Source: Malacoraja senta
Taxonomy: Eukaryota
DNA: 64,000 nt
Assembly (NCBI GenBank): GCA_038087875.1
Contig: CM075977.1
Span: 271,498,001-271,562,000 of the forward strand
Direction: 5' to 3'
Shown one piece after another: positions 11,832 through 25,678 of this stretch. How positions within the stretch are numbered: position 1 is the first letter of the stretch; every line of letters begins with the position of its first letter. The notes below the pieces were generated by a model, which saw only the letters and a list, made by a program, of their open reading frames with translations, had not been told where the DNA came from and did no database searches. The translations under genes were made by a program, and so were the position numbers.

Positions 11832-14800
11832 GGTGCCTGAGTCTGATGAGTGTAGGAATTATTCTGCGTTCATCATGAATGGTTTTGTTTCTCTGGAGGA
11901 TGGGGGCGATAGAGTTCCAGTATCCATCTTGCGTGATACTGGTGCTACTCAGTCCTTTATATTGGAGAGTGTACTGCGTTTTCTGGGGAATCATCAGTTG
12001 GGTCAAGTGTCCCTGTAGTAGGATTCGGGATGGATGACATGGTAGTGCCTTTGCATACCGTGAGTCTCGAGTCCAAGTTGGTTTCAGGCCGGGTAACTGT
12101 TGGGTTACGGCCGTGTTTTCCCGTTGTGGGAGTTTCAGTAATTTTGGGGAATGACTTGGCAGGAGGTAGAGTTTTAGTTACTCCTGAGGCGACGGCTGTT
12201 CCGAAGGTGCAGAGTCCTGATGGATTGGCTATGCAGCATCCGAGGGTCTTCGCAGCTTGTGCTGTCACGAGGGCTATGGCTAAGAGCCAGGCGAAGTTTG
12301 GGGATGTAGTGGACCTGAATGAGAGCATTTTTGGGGATCAGGATGAGGGATCCTGTGTTGTGAAGGGTGTTTCTACATCTCAAGATGGGATAATGTCTGG
12401 AAATGGGCCGGTGTCGCTGTCACGTGACCGGCTGGTTGAGGAGCAAAAGAGTGATCCAGGTTTATCTGATCTGTTCGACTGCACGGTGCCTGAGGGGGAT
12501 ATGAATTCCACAGCAAAGGGGTATTTTCTAAGGGAGGGCTTACTGATGCGAAAGTGGTCTCCCTTGGATATATCTGGGTATGATGATTGGAGCGTGGTTG
12601 ATCAGATTGTGATACCTCGTCGTTATAGGGACGAGATACTCTGTTTGGCTCATGATGGTCCTCTGGGTGGACATTTGGGGGTCAATAAAACGTATGACCG
12701 TATCTTACGGAATTCTTTTTGGCCAGGGTTGAAAAAGGACGTGAAACAGCAGTGCAGGTGTTATCACATTTGCCAGGTGGAAGGAAAACCGAACCAATCG
12801 ATTGTTCCTGCGCCTTTATATCCAATCCCTGTGGTCGGTGAGCCGTTTGAGCGGATTCTAGTTGATTGTGTGGGTCCTCTACCTCGGACAAAGGTGGGCA
12901 ACAAGTTTTTATTGACAATTATGTGTGCGTCGACCCGCTTTCCGGAGGTGGTCCCTTTGCGTAGAATTACTGCCCCTACCATTGTGAAGTCTCACTAAGT
13001 TTTTTTCGTTGTTCGGTTTGCCCAAGGTGGTGCAGAGTGACCAAGGTTCCAACTTCATGTCGAAGGTTTTTGGTCAGGTAATGAAGTTGTTAGATATTAA
13101 GCATTGTTACTCCAGTGCGTATCACCCTGAGAGCCAGGGAGCTCTCGAGAGGTTTCACCAGACTTTGAAATCAATGTTGAGGACTTACTGCCTGGAGTTT
13201 GAAAAAGACTGGGATGAGGGGGTTCATCTAGTTATGTTTGCGGTGCGTGAGGTCGTGCAGGAGACTTTAGGGTTCAGTCCAGCTGACCTGGTGTTCGCGC
13301 ATACTGTACGTGGTCCGTTGAAGGTCCTAAAGGAGAAATGGTTGCAGGAGGATACAAAACGGAGTATTTTAGACCACGTCTGTACCTTTCGGTCTAGACT
13401 GAAGAGGGCATGCGAACTGGCAATGGGTAATCTTGCTTCTGCTCAGTCTAGGATGAAGGGGTGGTTCGACGGGAAGGCTTCTAGTAGGAATTTTTCTCCA
13501 GGTGACAAGGTCCTGGTGTTGTTGCCTATTCCTGGTTCCAGTCTGCAGGCTCGGTATAGCGGTCCCTATCAGGTGGTTAAGAAGGTTGGTGAAAGGGATT
13601 ATGTTATTGGTACCCCTGATCGAAGACGTAAGACTCAGCTCTGTCATGTCAACATGATGAAGCAGTACCATGAGCAGGAGCCTGTGGAGGTTGATGGGGA
13701 GGTGCTGTGTCCTTCGGTTTCGTCTAAGCCTGTTTTGGCTGCAGTGGTGCTGCCCCCTGACACGGGTGGTGATGTGGATGAGGCACGGTTGTCTGTGGCA
13801 GTGACGCAGGGAAGGCTGTGTAACTCTGAGGCTTTGGAGTCGCTTCCCTTGTGGTTGTCTCATTTGACTGCAAGTCAGCGGGGTGATCTGCTTGCTTTGG
13901 TGGAGTCAAATGGGTCACTGTTCTCGGATGTGCCTTCTCAGACATCTGTGCTGCAGCATGACATTGACGTGGCCGGTGCTGCGCCAATTAAACAGCATCC
14001 GTATCGGGTCAACCCTGACAGGCGTCATCGTCTAGGGAGTCAGGTTGAATATATGCTGCGGCATGGCATTGCTGAACCTAGTTGCAGTCCGTGGAGTTCT
14101 CCGTGTCTACTGGCTACAAAGGCTAATGGGGAGGACAGGTTTTGCATGGATTTTCGGAAAGTGAATGGTGTAACTAAGCCGGATTGCTATCCTCTCCCAC
14201 GAATGGAGGATTGCGTGGATCGTGTGGGAAGTGCATCTTTTGTGTCTAAGTTGGACTTGTTAAAAGGGTATTGGCAAGTTCCTTTGACTAGGCGGGCGAG
14301 GGAGATCTCTGCGTTCGTTATGCCTGATAACTTTCTGCTGTACATAGTAATGGCATTTGGGATGCGCAATGCGCCGGCAACCTTCCAACGGTTGGTGAAC
14401 ATTGTATTGTCCGGTTTGTCCTTCTGTGAGGCATACCTTGATGATCTGGTTGTGTGCTCCAGGTCGTGGATCGAACACATCGGTCATCTGAAGGAGGTAT
14501 TTCATCGTCTAGCGGAGGCAAAGCTAACTATCAATCTGGGGAAGTGTGAGTTTGGCCAGGCCACAGTAACGTATCTGGGTAAGGTGGTGGGCCGGGGTCA
14601 GGTTCGCACTCTCAAGGAAAAGGTGGGGCATATTGTCGCATTTCCTGCTCCAACCTCGAGGACTGAACTCCGTAGGTATTTGGCTATGGTTGGGTACTAT
14701 AGAGGATTCTGTCCAAACTTCTCTGCGGTGGCTGCCCCTTTGACGGATTTGCTGAGTCCGAAGGTAGCTTTTGTGTGGACCGCAGAATGTCAACAAGCCT

Positions 14801-15237
14801 TTGATCATACTAAAAGTCTTCTGGTGCACGCACCTGTGCTTGCGGCACCTGATTTTGTGCTTCCATTTAAGCTGGCAGTGGATGCTAGTGATCGTGGGGT
14901 TGGGGGAGTTCTTCTACAGGATGATTCAGATGGGGTGGAGCATCCAGTTTCGTACTTCTCTAAGAAGTTTAATCGTCATCAGAAGTGGTACTCCATCATT
15001 GAGAAAGAAGACCTTGCTATTTTAATGTCTCTGAATGATTTCGAGGTTTATGTTGGCTCCTCGAATGTCCCTGTCATCGTACTCACGGATCATAATCCGT
15101 TGGTATTTTTGCATAGTATGAAGAATAAGAACTGGCGGTTAATGAGCTGGAGTTTGCAGCTGCAAGACTACAACCTGGAGGTCAGGCATATCCGTGGCAA
15201 GGATAATGTCTTGGCTGACGCCTTGTCGCGCCAGTAG
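11791..15237 (+). pseudogene. pol: Pol in three frameshifted pieces: protease, integrase, RT, RNase H
   Basis: PR LRDTGA (11791..12018). IN zinc-binding region and DCVGPL (12030..12998). IN core SDQGSNF/ERFHQTLK and GPY motif, RT DLLKGYWQ/YLDD, RH DASDRGVG/TDHNPL (13009..15237). Confidence 0.93.
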
Positions 15238-15313
15238 AGTTTTAGCTCCTGAATAGTTTCTGGGATTTGGTGGTGTTTTTTCTCTCTTCTTCCAAAACTT
15301 ATTCAGTAACTTT

Positions 15314-15322
15314 GGGTGGGGG
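15314..15322 (+). promoter_or_regulatory. Polypurine tract
   Basis: GGGTGGGGG immediately 5' of the 3' LTR. Confidence 0.75.
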
Positions 15323-15905
15323 TGTTAGGCGCTCCCCCCCCTGGTGAATGCTATGTACTTACCTTTCTCTGTTTCTTTCCCGAGTGCAGGCCTTGTGGCT
15401 GTGAGTCTGGAATCAAGGGGTTAAAAGGCTCCTGTACCCAATTGGCCAAGCTGCGTCAGGTGACGGGTGACTCATCTGAAGCTTAAAAGCACAGAGCTCC
15501 CAGGATTCTCTCTCTTCTTCGTCGACCCTGACTTGTGAGCTGACTGCTGGAGTGAGCTGCGGAAGGCCTGGCCACATGGCATAGAACTTTGTGTTTTTTC
15601 ACCATTACTTATTAACAAATATTGAATTGGGACGGATAAAGGCTGACCTTAGTGTTTTCGTGTATTTTGTTTCAGGTTTATATCTCTTTAGGCAGGTTTT
15701 AGAGACTCCGGTTTGACGGTCCATCACATGGCTGGATGGAGCACTGTTAAATTGTTTGTCAGTCCATCCATATCCCTGACTGGGTTGTTTGAATCAGGTT
15801 TGGGTTTTGTGTTCCATTGAATAATTAAAACTATTTTTGAACTTGAACCTGGTTTTTGAATTATGTTACGCGGCTCTGAAGTACCTGCATTCGGGAGTCG
15901 TAACA
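15323..15905 (+). repeat. 3' LTR
   Basis: Direct repeat of 9871-10453, followed by TSD GTCAT. Confidence 0.95.
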
Positions 15906-16802
15906 GTCATCATTATTTTCTCCCCGACTAATTGAAAGAGCCTGTAATAAAATATATTAAGATGTTGGTGAGTTTATTGAAGATATACCCTCTGCTCTAC
16001 CCTCTCTCTTGGTGTGCATTCATGCTGCTGCACCTCCATACTTCTGCAGTGCTCGCCACATTATTTGTCATGAGGTTCCTTTTCCTGACTTACCTCAACC
16101 TGCAATGTTCCTTGGGCACGCGTAGGTGTATACATTTTGCAGTTCTATCTTTATTTTCATAATCAGCACAGCATCACCATCAGCACAGGAGCACCTCAAG
16201 GCTGCGTGCTCAGCGCCCTGTTCTATTCACTCTATACTCAAGACTGTGTAGTCGGACACAGTTCCAACTCCATCTTTAAATTTGCCAAAAACACCACCAT
16301 TGATGGATGAGTTATGGATGATGATGAGAGAGTGTAAGAGGGTGATCGGTCATCTGATTGAATGGTGCCCGAAGAATAACCTTGCTCTCAACTTGGTCAG
16401 ACCCTTCTTCAGGCCTCTACTTCCTTAGAAGATTGAAGTGTATCGTTATGTCAATGAATTCTGTCTTGAACGTCTACAGGTGTACGGCAGAGAGCATATT
16501 GACTGGTTGCATCACGTCCTGGTTCGGCAACTGGAACGCCAAGGAACGAAGGAAATTAAATCTCAAAATTCATCTAAATATTTTGCACCTAGAATGGCCA
16601 TTCCTACCCAACTTTTCTTTTGAAATGACCAATACCATGACGTTATCATGATATTCAAGACTCTTTATATGAAGCTGAACACAACAATAAATGCCAAGAG
16701 TCTTCTTTCCTTTTCCTGGACACATATTTCCTCTGTCTTCTAAATTAATTTCTCAGCCACATGAACTCTTTTCCTAAACCCCTACCTTCCACATCTGAGT
16801 TA

Positions 16803-17131
16803 TAGCCCTGTCCCACGGTACGAGTTCATTCCAAGCGCTCTCCCGAGTTTAAAAAAAATCAAACTCGTGGTAAGCACGGAGAATGAACGTAGCGGGTATG
16901 TCGGAGCTCGGGGACGTCTCTTAGCGGCTCATAACGCTAACGCAGGTACTCGGGAAGACTCGCTAACGGCAGGTAAGCACGGGAAGACTCGTGAAGATTT
17001 TTCAACATGTTGAAAAATGTCCACGAGAGCCCCGAGTACTGACGAGTGGCCATTACCGTAAACCTCCGAGTTCGAATCAGGGCAAACTCGGGAGAACTCT
17101 TGGAATAAACTCGTACTGTGGGACAGGGCTT
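16803..17131. mobile_element. Harbinger-type MITE
   Basis: TIR AGCCCTGTCCCAC(G/A)GTACGAGTT, TSD TTA. Confidence 0.85.
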
Positions 17132-17981
17132 TTAGTCTTGCTCCCTTGCGAGGGGAATGCCAATAGTATTGTGGATCGTTCATATACAGAATAAACATCT
17201 ATGTTTGCTAATATTTCTTGAGCTTATCATATCACATGGCACACTCGTTTCTCTCACACTCTTACATACTACAATGAAGTCCATTTTCCATGAATAAAGA
17301 GCATCGGAGATCTCTCTAACATTGCAGTGTGCAATGACCTAGGAAATATCATATTAATCAGATACCACTCCCAGAATTGATGCAAAAGCAGGGGAGTACA
17401 AGATGATGCTATCTTTCACTTCTACAGATAAAGTAGTCTAAGCTGGGTGCTGAAGAAGTTCATGGTTTTCTGTCACCATCAGCTGGGAAAACTTTGCGTT
17501 TGAAATATTGTTACTTCAAGAGCTGGAGATTGGATCATCCGATATTGTTACTTCAAGAGCTGGAGATTGCAAAACATTCCAGAAATGTCCTACCCCTCTC
17601 CCCCCTCAAGATCTCACAAGTCAACCCTGCATCCAATATCCAACTTTGGATCTCATGGGCTATTTAGTTTCCCAATGATGAGCCCTCAAGCACCAAGCCA
17701 ACTGCCTGAGGAGCCTGTGCTGACAGCTTCCAATTCTAGGTACTACAGGATGTGTTTGATTAATTAGTGTGGAAAACGGATTCAACATTATAAGGTAGCT
17801 GGGATAAAACGGGACACTTTATCTCATCATTCGTCTCCTCCATCACCATCTGATATTTTAAATAATCCTAGAATTTCTGTTTTAGTTTAGATTTTCAGTA
17901 TTCACATGATATTAGTTTTTGATATTTTATGCACCGCTTTGTATTCTCTCCTTTAATCGACTTGCTATAACACTCTCCTTA

Positions 17982-18765
17982 TGGCCTGTCCCACTTAGGC
18001 GATTTTCAGGCGACTGCCGGCGACTGTCAATTCGTAGCCGGTTGCTGAAAATCCGGCAACTGGAACGGCGAATGTCAGAGTAGATCACATACACACATCG
18101 CTTCCTTCACCAGCCAGCTATGCAGACAGGGGATAGGGTAAGTGGGGGGAGCACTGTCTGAGTGAAATTCACACAGTGCAAAGCCAATGTGATACAGACA
18201 CACAACACGATGAACTGGGTTGGCGGTGTAATTAAGATGGTGAAAGCACAGTGTATGGGAAGGGCCACATAAGTCCTTTAAAAGAGGGGGGAGAGGGGGG
18301 AGAAGGGGGGAGAGAAGGGGGACAGGGGGGAGAGGGGGGAAAAGGAGTGGAGACAACTTTTAAGAAGCCAGAGATACATGGCTGTGAAGCTCGGCGGACA
18401 TTAATATTACCGGTCGGTCCTTGGTTCTGAAAACTACTGTTTACGGGGGGTTTTTCCCAATGAGCCAATGAAATTCACTGGTCAGCACCGGCAACAACCT
18501 ACGACAACCTACGACAACCTTCGACCTCCTGGCAACCCACTACCACTGCACATACGGCACGAGAATTCTCACTACTCCATGGCGGCTTCATGTTGAAAAA
18601 TTAGTGGCGACCAGAATGAAGCCGCGACTAGTTCCGAGAATGCGGGAACTACTCACGACCATGAAGCCGACTCCCCGGCAACCACCCACGAACATGTGGC
18701 GACCATGTGGCGACCGCATAGTCTCCTGCAGTCGCCTAAGAAGTCGCCTAAGTGGGTCAGGCCCA
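17982..18765. mobile_element. Harbinger-type MITE with internal G-rich tract
   Basis: TIR GGCCTG(T/A)CCCACTTAGGCGA, TSD TTA. Confidence 0.85.
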
Positions 18766-19172
18766 TTATAGGCTACACCTAGATTTTACAACAGACTTTG
18801 CCTGTGCTATTTTATCATTCATCTTCTGTAAGAGCTTATACACATCCTCACAGATATTTTCTTTGTAGATACATATTGTTAATTTCATTACCTTGGTGAA
18901 ATTATCCGGCACAGATTACTTCAGAAAATTGAATGTTGACTCTTCAATTAAGCCATGTTACACCAGGTATTAATTTCACTGTGTTTAGTGGATTATAGAA
19001 GCTTAACCACTGCAAAGGAATTACGGCATCACAGAATGGTTACAGTACTGAAAGAGGCCATGCAGCCCGTGGAATCCTTACTGGCTCTGTGCGAGAATAA
19101 TCCATTCCCACTCTCCTGCTGTTTCTCTTCCTCCTTTATTGAACAGAGCTGACTAGCTGGAGATCCTGTAAT

Positions 19173-20219
19173 TAGCAATGTTACAAAATTGTGAGATTTT
19201 AAAAATAAAGTCTGCAATTTATCCCATCAGATAAAGCATAAAAAGAAGTTGAATTTGACACCTAATTCACTTTCATATCTTCAGTATTAAAAAAGTTATG
19301 GCCATTTTCATAGTCGGAAATTAGCATCTTGTTCCCTATTGCTTTTCCATTGACCTAACACAAAAGCTGTGATCGAGGACAGTCAAAAGCCCATAACTTT
19401 CTTAAAAATTAAGAGAACTGAAAGAAATTTTCAGTTATTATAGATTGAAGCATTCTGAAACAAATATGAAACAATCTTATTTAGATGACATGAAATTAAA
19501 GCATATAATTAGTTAGTTACCTAATTGTAGCTAATTACAAAATTCAATTACTAGATCTAAACATCTATCAATTTCTTAAGAATAGATTAACATTTTTAAA
19601 TAGCCTAAGTGTCCAAATAACATTCACACAAGAATTCACAATATAACAACATTTTTAAATCTCATTGTCATGGATTTACAGGCCAAATGGAAGGAATTGA
19701 ATGTTTAATACCTGTAAATTAATGGACATTTAAATCATTTTGCGAGTGAGGATTTCTGGAACGCGATCATTTGGAACGTTGATTTGCGGTGAATTTAACT
19801 CCGAATCGGCCTGAAAAATTCTGCCGTTAGTTCGGGGGGGGAAATCACCGTTTCGCATGTAAAAATGTGAATTAAAGGCTTCTTAAGGAGAACGTTTATA
19901 TATTAAAATAAACCACTTTCGTTTACCTTTCCCGTGTGTGAAATCCGTCCCCGTTGTTGGCGTTGACGGCTTCAGAAGCTGATTTTAAAATGACTGCAGC
20001 GCTGAAATTGTCGGGAGATTTAAAAAAAAAAAAACTCAAAACGCCCCTCGGAACGATTCTTCCGCAAAAGCTTGTTCTCCAACGAAAGATAATACAGGAC
20101 AAGGTAGGAGAAACCCGCGTTTTAACCCCGCCCCCCCCCCCCTCAAAGGTGCCAAAATCGCGCACACGGCCAGTGGCAGAATTACAGCGCCACTGAAGGT
20201 AAGTGTTGTAACATACCTA
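19173..20219. mobile_element. Non-autonomous DNA transposon (hAT-like termini)
   Basis: TIR TAGnnATGTTACAA, flanking direct repeat CTGTAAT(T), no ORF. Confidence 0.8.
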
Positions 20220-21599
20220 CTGTAATTAATTAATTTCCAAATCCAAGGATATTTGCCTTCAGCATTCCAGAGATAATAAAAGGATGAATTTCAATGGGTT
20301 AAACACCTTTTTGATCTTTGACTTTATTTGCCTTTATCCACAATGTACTTTTTCATAAGGTCTTTCTTATGAAAGTAACTCCTCTTTGCATACCTTGGGT
20401 GACAGAGGAAACACTTAATGGGAACCTAGGGGACATTTCTTTTCACACGGAGGGTGATACATATGGAACGAGCTGCCAGAGGAAGTAGTTGAGGCAGGTA
20501 CAATAACAACATTTAAAAAATCACTTGGATAGGAAAGATTTTGTGGGATGTGGGTCAAACACAAGTAAATGGGACCAACTTAGACGGACATTTTGGTCGT
20601 CATGGAAAGTTGGGCTGATGGGCCTGTTTCCACGCCATATGACAATGACTATCATTCTATAACGAATGCAATCAATTTCAGCAAGATGACCTGTAACATG
20701 AGCTGCTGTTACAGTTGGATAAAATTATCACACAGCTGTGATAGTCTTTTGAAATCTTAATCCCTTGCGCAAAGGCTGCCTTTGACAAAACGTCTGGTGT
20801 GAGTTGGGAAAATTGAAGCTTTCTATTAAAGATGCTCAGTATTCTTAGTACTTGCTTGCTGCATATTACATTTTAAAACATCTGAAGCATAAGCAATGTG
20901 CAATAAGTCAAGGCGGGATTAAAAAAATAACTACAGGCAAGTAATGTTAATGTTTTATTACTAGGGGAGGAACCAGCTCTAAATAAAGGCAGACATTTTA
21001 TATTCTCTTGTTTACTGCCTGCATCTGACAAGTGTTGTCACAGTGAAAGTACTTCACCCAAGACATCTGTAGTAAGGGTCACTCAGCAGCCTAGTCAGAA
21101 TTCTCTGCACCAACAGATGGTTTAAGGAGACCACCCAAGGATTTGGCATCACTCCCATTAAAAGTCACTGCAATTGTGACTGATGGAGATTTTCACGCAG
21201 AGGATGGTTCGTATATGGAACGGGCTGCCAGAGGAAGTGGTTGAGACAGGTACAATACAATAACAACATTTTAAAAAATCACTCAGACAGGTACATGCAT
21301 GGGAAAGGTTTTGTGGGATATGGGTCAAACACAGGCAAATGGGACTAGGTAGATGGGCCTGTTTCCATTCTTAATCACTCGGACTGTGGTGAGATTAGGG
21401 TGAATCAGGGTATTAAAGTCAGCATATAGGAACAATGACTATTAATTCATGGCATGTTACTGCAGCATTTCTATGAAAATAAAGTCTTTGTTATTCAAAC
21501 TAAATGTATTAGAGAATCCCAGCAGACCAGTCAAAGGGGGGAAGGAAGGTTCCTGACATATTCTGGCCAATGGTTTATTTTCAAATTTACTGCAGCGCT

Positions 21600-23900
21600 T
21601 CATGCCCCCCTTCTCTACTCCTTGTACACCCACGACTATGCAGCCATGTATAAATCTATCTATCTGTGGCGTTCACTCCAACTCGGGGTTGAGTGGAGGC
21701 ATCTGCTTCATGATGTCCTGCCACTCTCTTCCGTCCCCAGCTAGCGTGCTAGCTCTGACCGGAGAGCTGATGTAGTATAATCAGGGGTTGACACCCTGGT
21801 GCTGTGTTGGCCATTCATCATGATGCAGTTTCACTCGTAAGTAAGCTAGGTGGATGAGCAGTCCTCTCCTAGACAGCCATGTATAAATCTAATTCAATTT
21901 CAAATTTGCAGACGACACCACCATTGTGCTAAATAATGGTACTAAATAATGATGAGACGGAGTACAGGAAGGAGATCGAGAACCTTCGTGTCCTGGTGTC
22001 GAGACAACAAACTTTCTCTCAATGTCAGCAAGACAAAGGAGATAGTGATCAACTTCAGGAAGTGAAGCGGTAAGCATACCCTGGTTTGGATTGACGGCGC
22101 CAAAGTAGAGATGGTTGAAAGTTTCCAATTCCTAGGATTAAATATCACCAACAACTTCTCCAGGACCACCCATATTGAAGCAATGGCAAAGAAAGCACAC
22201 CAACGACTTTACTTTCTTAGAAGGCTTAGGAGGTTCGGCATGTCCCCAACAACTCTCACCATCTTCTACAGATGCGCCTTACAAAACATTTCTTGGGATG
22301 CATCACAGCTTGGTTTGGGAACAGTTCCAACCAAGACCGCAAGAAATTGTAGAGAATTGCGGGCGCAGCCCAGACCATCATACAAATCAACCTCTCTTCC
22401 ATTAACTCCATTTATACCTCACGCTGCCTTGACAAGGCCAGCAGCATAATCAAGGTTGAGTAGCACCCTGGCCACTCCCTTTTCTCCCATCTTCCATCAG
22501 GCAAAAGATATAGAAGTATGAAATGCACACCACCAGATTCAGGGATTCAGATTCTTCCCAGCTGTTAATCAGGCATCTGAACTACCTGAACGGAGGATTT
22601 GAGTTTAGGAGCAAGGAGATCCTACTGCAGTTGTATTGGGCCCTGGTGTGACCGCACCTATAGTATTGTGTGCAATTTTGGTCTCCTAATTTGAGGAAGG
22701 ACATTATTGCTATTGAGGGAGTGCAGTGTAGTTTTACCAGGTTAATTCCTGAGATGGCAGGACTGACATATGATGAAAAAATGGGTTGACTGGGCTTCTA
22801 TTCACTGGAATTTAGAAGGATGAGAGGGAATCTTATAGAAACATATACATTTCTTAAAGGATTGGACAGGCTAGATGCAGGAAAATTGTTCCTGATTTTA
22901 GGGGTCCAGAACCAGGGGGTCACAGTTTAAGTCATTTAGGACTGAGATGAGGGAAATAAACGTCACCCAGAGAGTTGTAAATTTGTGGACTTCTCTACCA
23001 CAAAAGGCAGTGGGGACCAATTCACTGGATATTTTCAAGAGAGAGTTAGATTTAGCTCTTAGGGCTAAAGGAATTAAGGGATATGGGAAAAAAGCAGGAA
23101 TGGGGTACTGATTTTAGATGATAAGCCGTGATCTTATTGAATGGCGGTGCTGGCTCAAAGGGCCGAATGGCCTACTCCTGCACCTATTTTTCTATGTTTC
23201 TATGTTTCTATCCCACCAACAACTAGAGAGCTGTCCTGAGCTACTATCTACCTCTGGAGACCCTTGGACTATCTTTTTTTTTATTTTTTTAAATTTTTAT
23301 TTATTAGAAGTACATTACATTACAACCACATACATTAATACTCGTCATTTGTATCTTCTTACAATTAATGTACTCCCTTTATTTATTTTTTTACACTAGA
23401 AAAGGAAAAGATTGAAAGAAAGAAGAAAGTGAAGGAAAAAGTGAAAGTGTAGAAAAGTGTAGAAAATGTAACAACAAAAAAGGACGAAGACCCTATAAGA
23501 GCGAAATTAAAAACAAAAGAAAAAGAGTTAAGAAATAGGCCCTAGGAAAAAAAAAGAGAAAGAGAGAGAGGAAAAAAAAAAAAAAAAAAAGGAAAAACAA
23601 ATGTTTTTTTAAGCATTACGTAAATAGGACATACCAACTCTTCAACTATCATCCCCCCTTACCTGACCTCAATTTTTTATTTTTTTTAAAGTAATTTTGC
23701 ACCCTATGTTTGGACTATCTTTGATCAGACTTTACTGGACTTTATCTTGCACTAAATGTTATTCACATCATTCCCTTTATCATGTATCTATACACTGTAA
23801 ATGGCCCAATTGTAATCATGTATGGTATTTCCGCTGACTGGTTAGCACGCAAGAAAAGCTTTTCACTGCACCTCGGTACACGTGACAATAAACTAAACTC
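21600..23900. mobile_element. Rex-like LINE 3' half with nested RTE-like tail (21659-21873), CR1 3' half (22585-23210) and A-rich L1/Tx1-like 3' end (23277-23709)
   Basis: ORF 22111..22449 KKAHQRLYFLRRL. TSDs CAGCCATGTATAAATCTA (18 bp) and TTGGACTATCTTT (13 bp). Confidence 0.8.
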
Positions 23901-25420
23901 AATATAAACTCAATGTTATATGGGACGTCGGAGCAAAATGGAAAGGCCACAAGGGGTTGTTGTTTGAAGTAACGGCGATTTATTAAACTGCCGCTTGTGC
24001 AACAGGAGGACCAGCCAAAGCTCACCTGTCTAGTCTTCTTCTTGCGTATGGCGTGCACAGCCTAACATTGTAGGACAACTTGTTCTATTTGATCTTATTT
24101 GATTGTGCACGCCGGGTTGATTGAATTCGTCGAAACAGGGCAGATCACGTGAATCTTCCACCCCAAGCTGTCTGGTGTGACTCTGGAATAATTTTTTTAT
24201 ATTCTTAATCGAGGTCTTGATTACAGAATGAAGCTCAGTAAGACTTAATTAGGTTACCACCAGAATTAGATGATTATCCACAAGTCTAAATTAATTAACG
24301 GTAAATTCAAATTTCTGTTACAATGATGGGTGCACGCATAATCAATGAAATTCCTGTCAGGTTTTGTCTGCGGTTTCCTGTCACCACATTAGCGCAATCC
24401 ACAACCCCATCCACTAATTATTAGCCCTCACTATTGTTCCTACAACAGGCTGATTCTTATTGGGAATAATGTTTGTCAAAGGAAATGCAGAAACTTAAGA
24501 TCTAAGCAACAAGGTGTTTCAGCATTTATAGACTGGAGTGACTTTCACAACATCATAGAGGCATGCAGTGGAAATACGTGACATTTCTACAAATGTCCTT
24601 TAGATTTTTCTTGATTTAAAAGCTGCTAGGGATACAAGTGTATGAAGCACAAGGATCTGGAATGTATGTACAGCCTCTGAAAATGTCAGACGATTATTTT
24701 TGCAGGGTTCCTGTATTGTATATATTTATTTACTTGAATAAAATCTATTTTGATTACAGCGGGCAACATCTTACAGGAGTTAACCACACTGAAACTGATA
24801 TGCAGGGGGAGCTAAAAAAAACAGTCAGGGTGCTTAAACTAGCAGGTACACACTCTTTTGTTGTGGATTGTTTGGAACCAGGATGCCATAAACATCTCTC
24901 TTGTGGCCATCAAGTGCATCTTGGAAAGGGAGCCCATACAATTACTGCAGCCATTATTAGTTCTTCTTGTCGAGTTCACACACAAGATTAGAAGTTGTTC
25001 AGCCAGAGCTGAACACACTTATCGACATCTGCATACAATGGTGTCTGTCTGGCACTTCTTGTGCTTCTTGTGCATGGTGGTGGAAAGATTGGTGGAAACA
25101 GGGCCATCACGTGAACGCTCTTTCCTTGACCCTGGGGGCCCAGATGAAGACCATGCAGACTTTGATTTAATCCATGTGGTTTTGTGCTACTAAACTGGAT
25201 GTCTGATCTCTGTCACAGTTTTGTGCTCTCATGTATTAGATATCCGAACTTGTCCTTGTGAAGTAGGGAGATGGTAGGTGTCAGCAGATGGTTGGCCTCA
25301 TGGAGCAACAAGGTGATGTTTGTGGGCAGATTGCTCCTTTCACTGGACATAGGGATTATAGTCATAAGCAGCTCACATTCCTCCTGGAGCCAAGGATCAT
25401 TGCCACACATCAGCAGCTTA

Positions 25421-25678
25421 AGGGCCTGTCCCTCTTTCACGACCTAATTCACAACCTCTGCCGAGTTTGCCCTTGACTCATACTCGCAGCATGGTCGTCA
25501 CGAGGACGTAGGAGGTCATAGGTAAGTCGTAGGAGGTCGTAGGTAGGTCATAGCAGGTCGTAACGCTAGTCGTAGGTACTCGTGGCATCAAGTAGGTCGG
25601 GGCGTTTTTTCAACATGATGAAAAATGTCCACGAGTAAAAAAAGTCGTGAATTAGGTCATGAAAGTGGGACAGGCCCT
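25421..25678. mobile_element. Harbinger-type MITE
   Basis: TIR AGGGCCTGTCCC..TTTCA, TSD TTA, internal GGTCGTA repeats. Confidence 0.88.

Larger units (their letters stand above)
9871..15905 (+). mobile_element. Full-length Gmr1-like Ty3/Gypsy LTR retrotransposon (defective, at least 3 frameshifts)
   Basis: Two 583-bp LTRs (TG...CA), 5-bp TSD GTCAT (9866-9870 and 15906-15910), PBS, PPT, gag-PR-IN-RT-RH coding region. Confidence 0.95.

Noticed and set aside
17505-17569. CRISPR-like repeat-spacer-repeat
   Set aside because: Only two repeats, a 9-bp spacer, no cas genes, vertebrate context.
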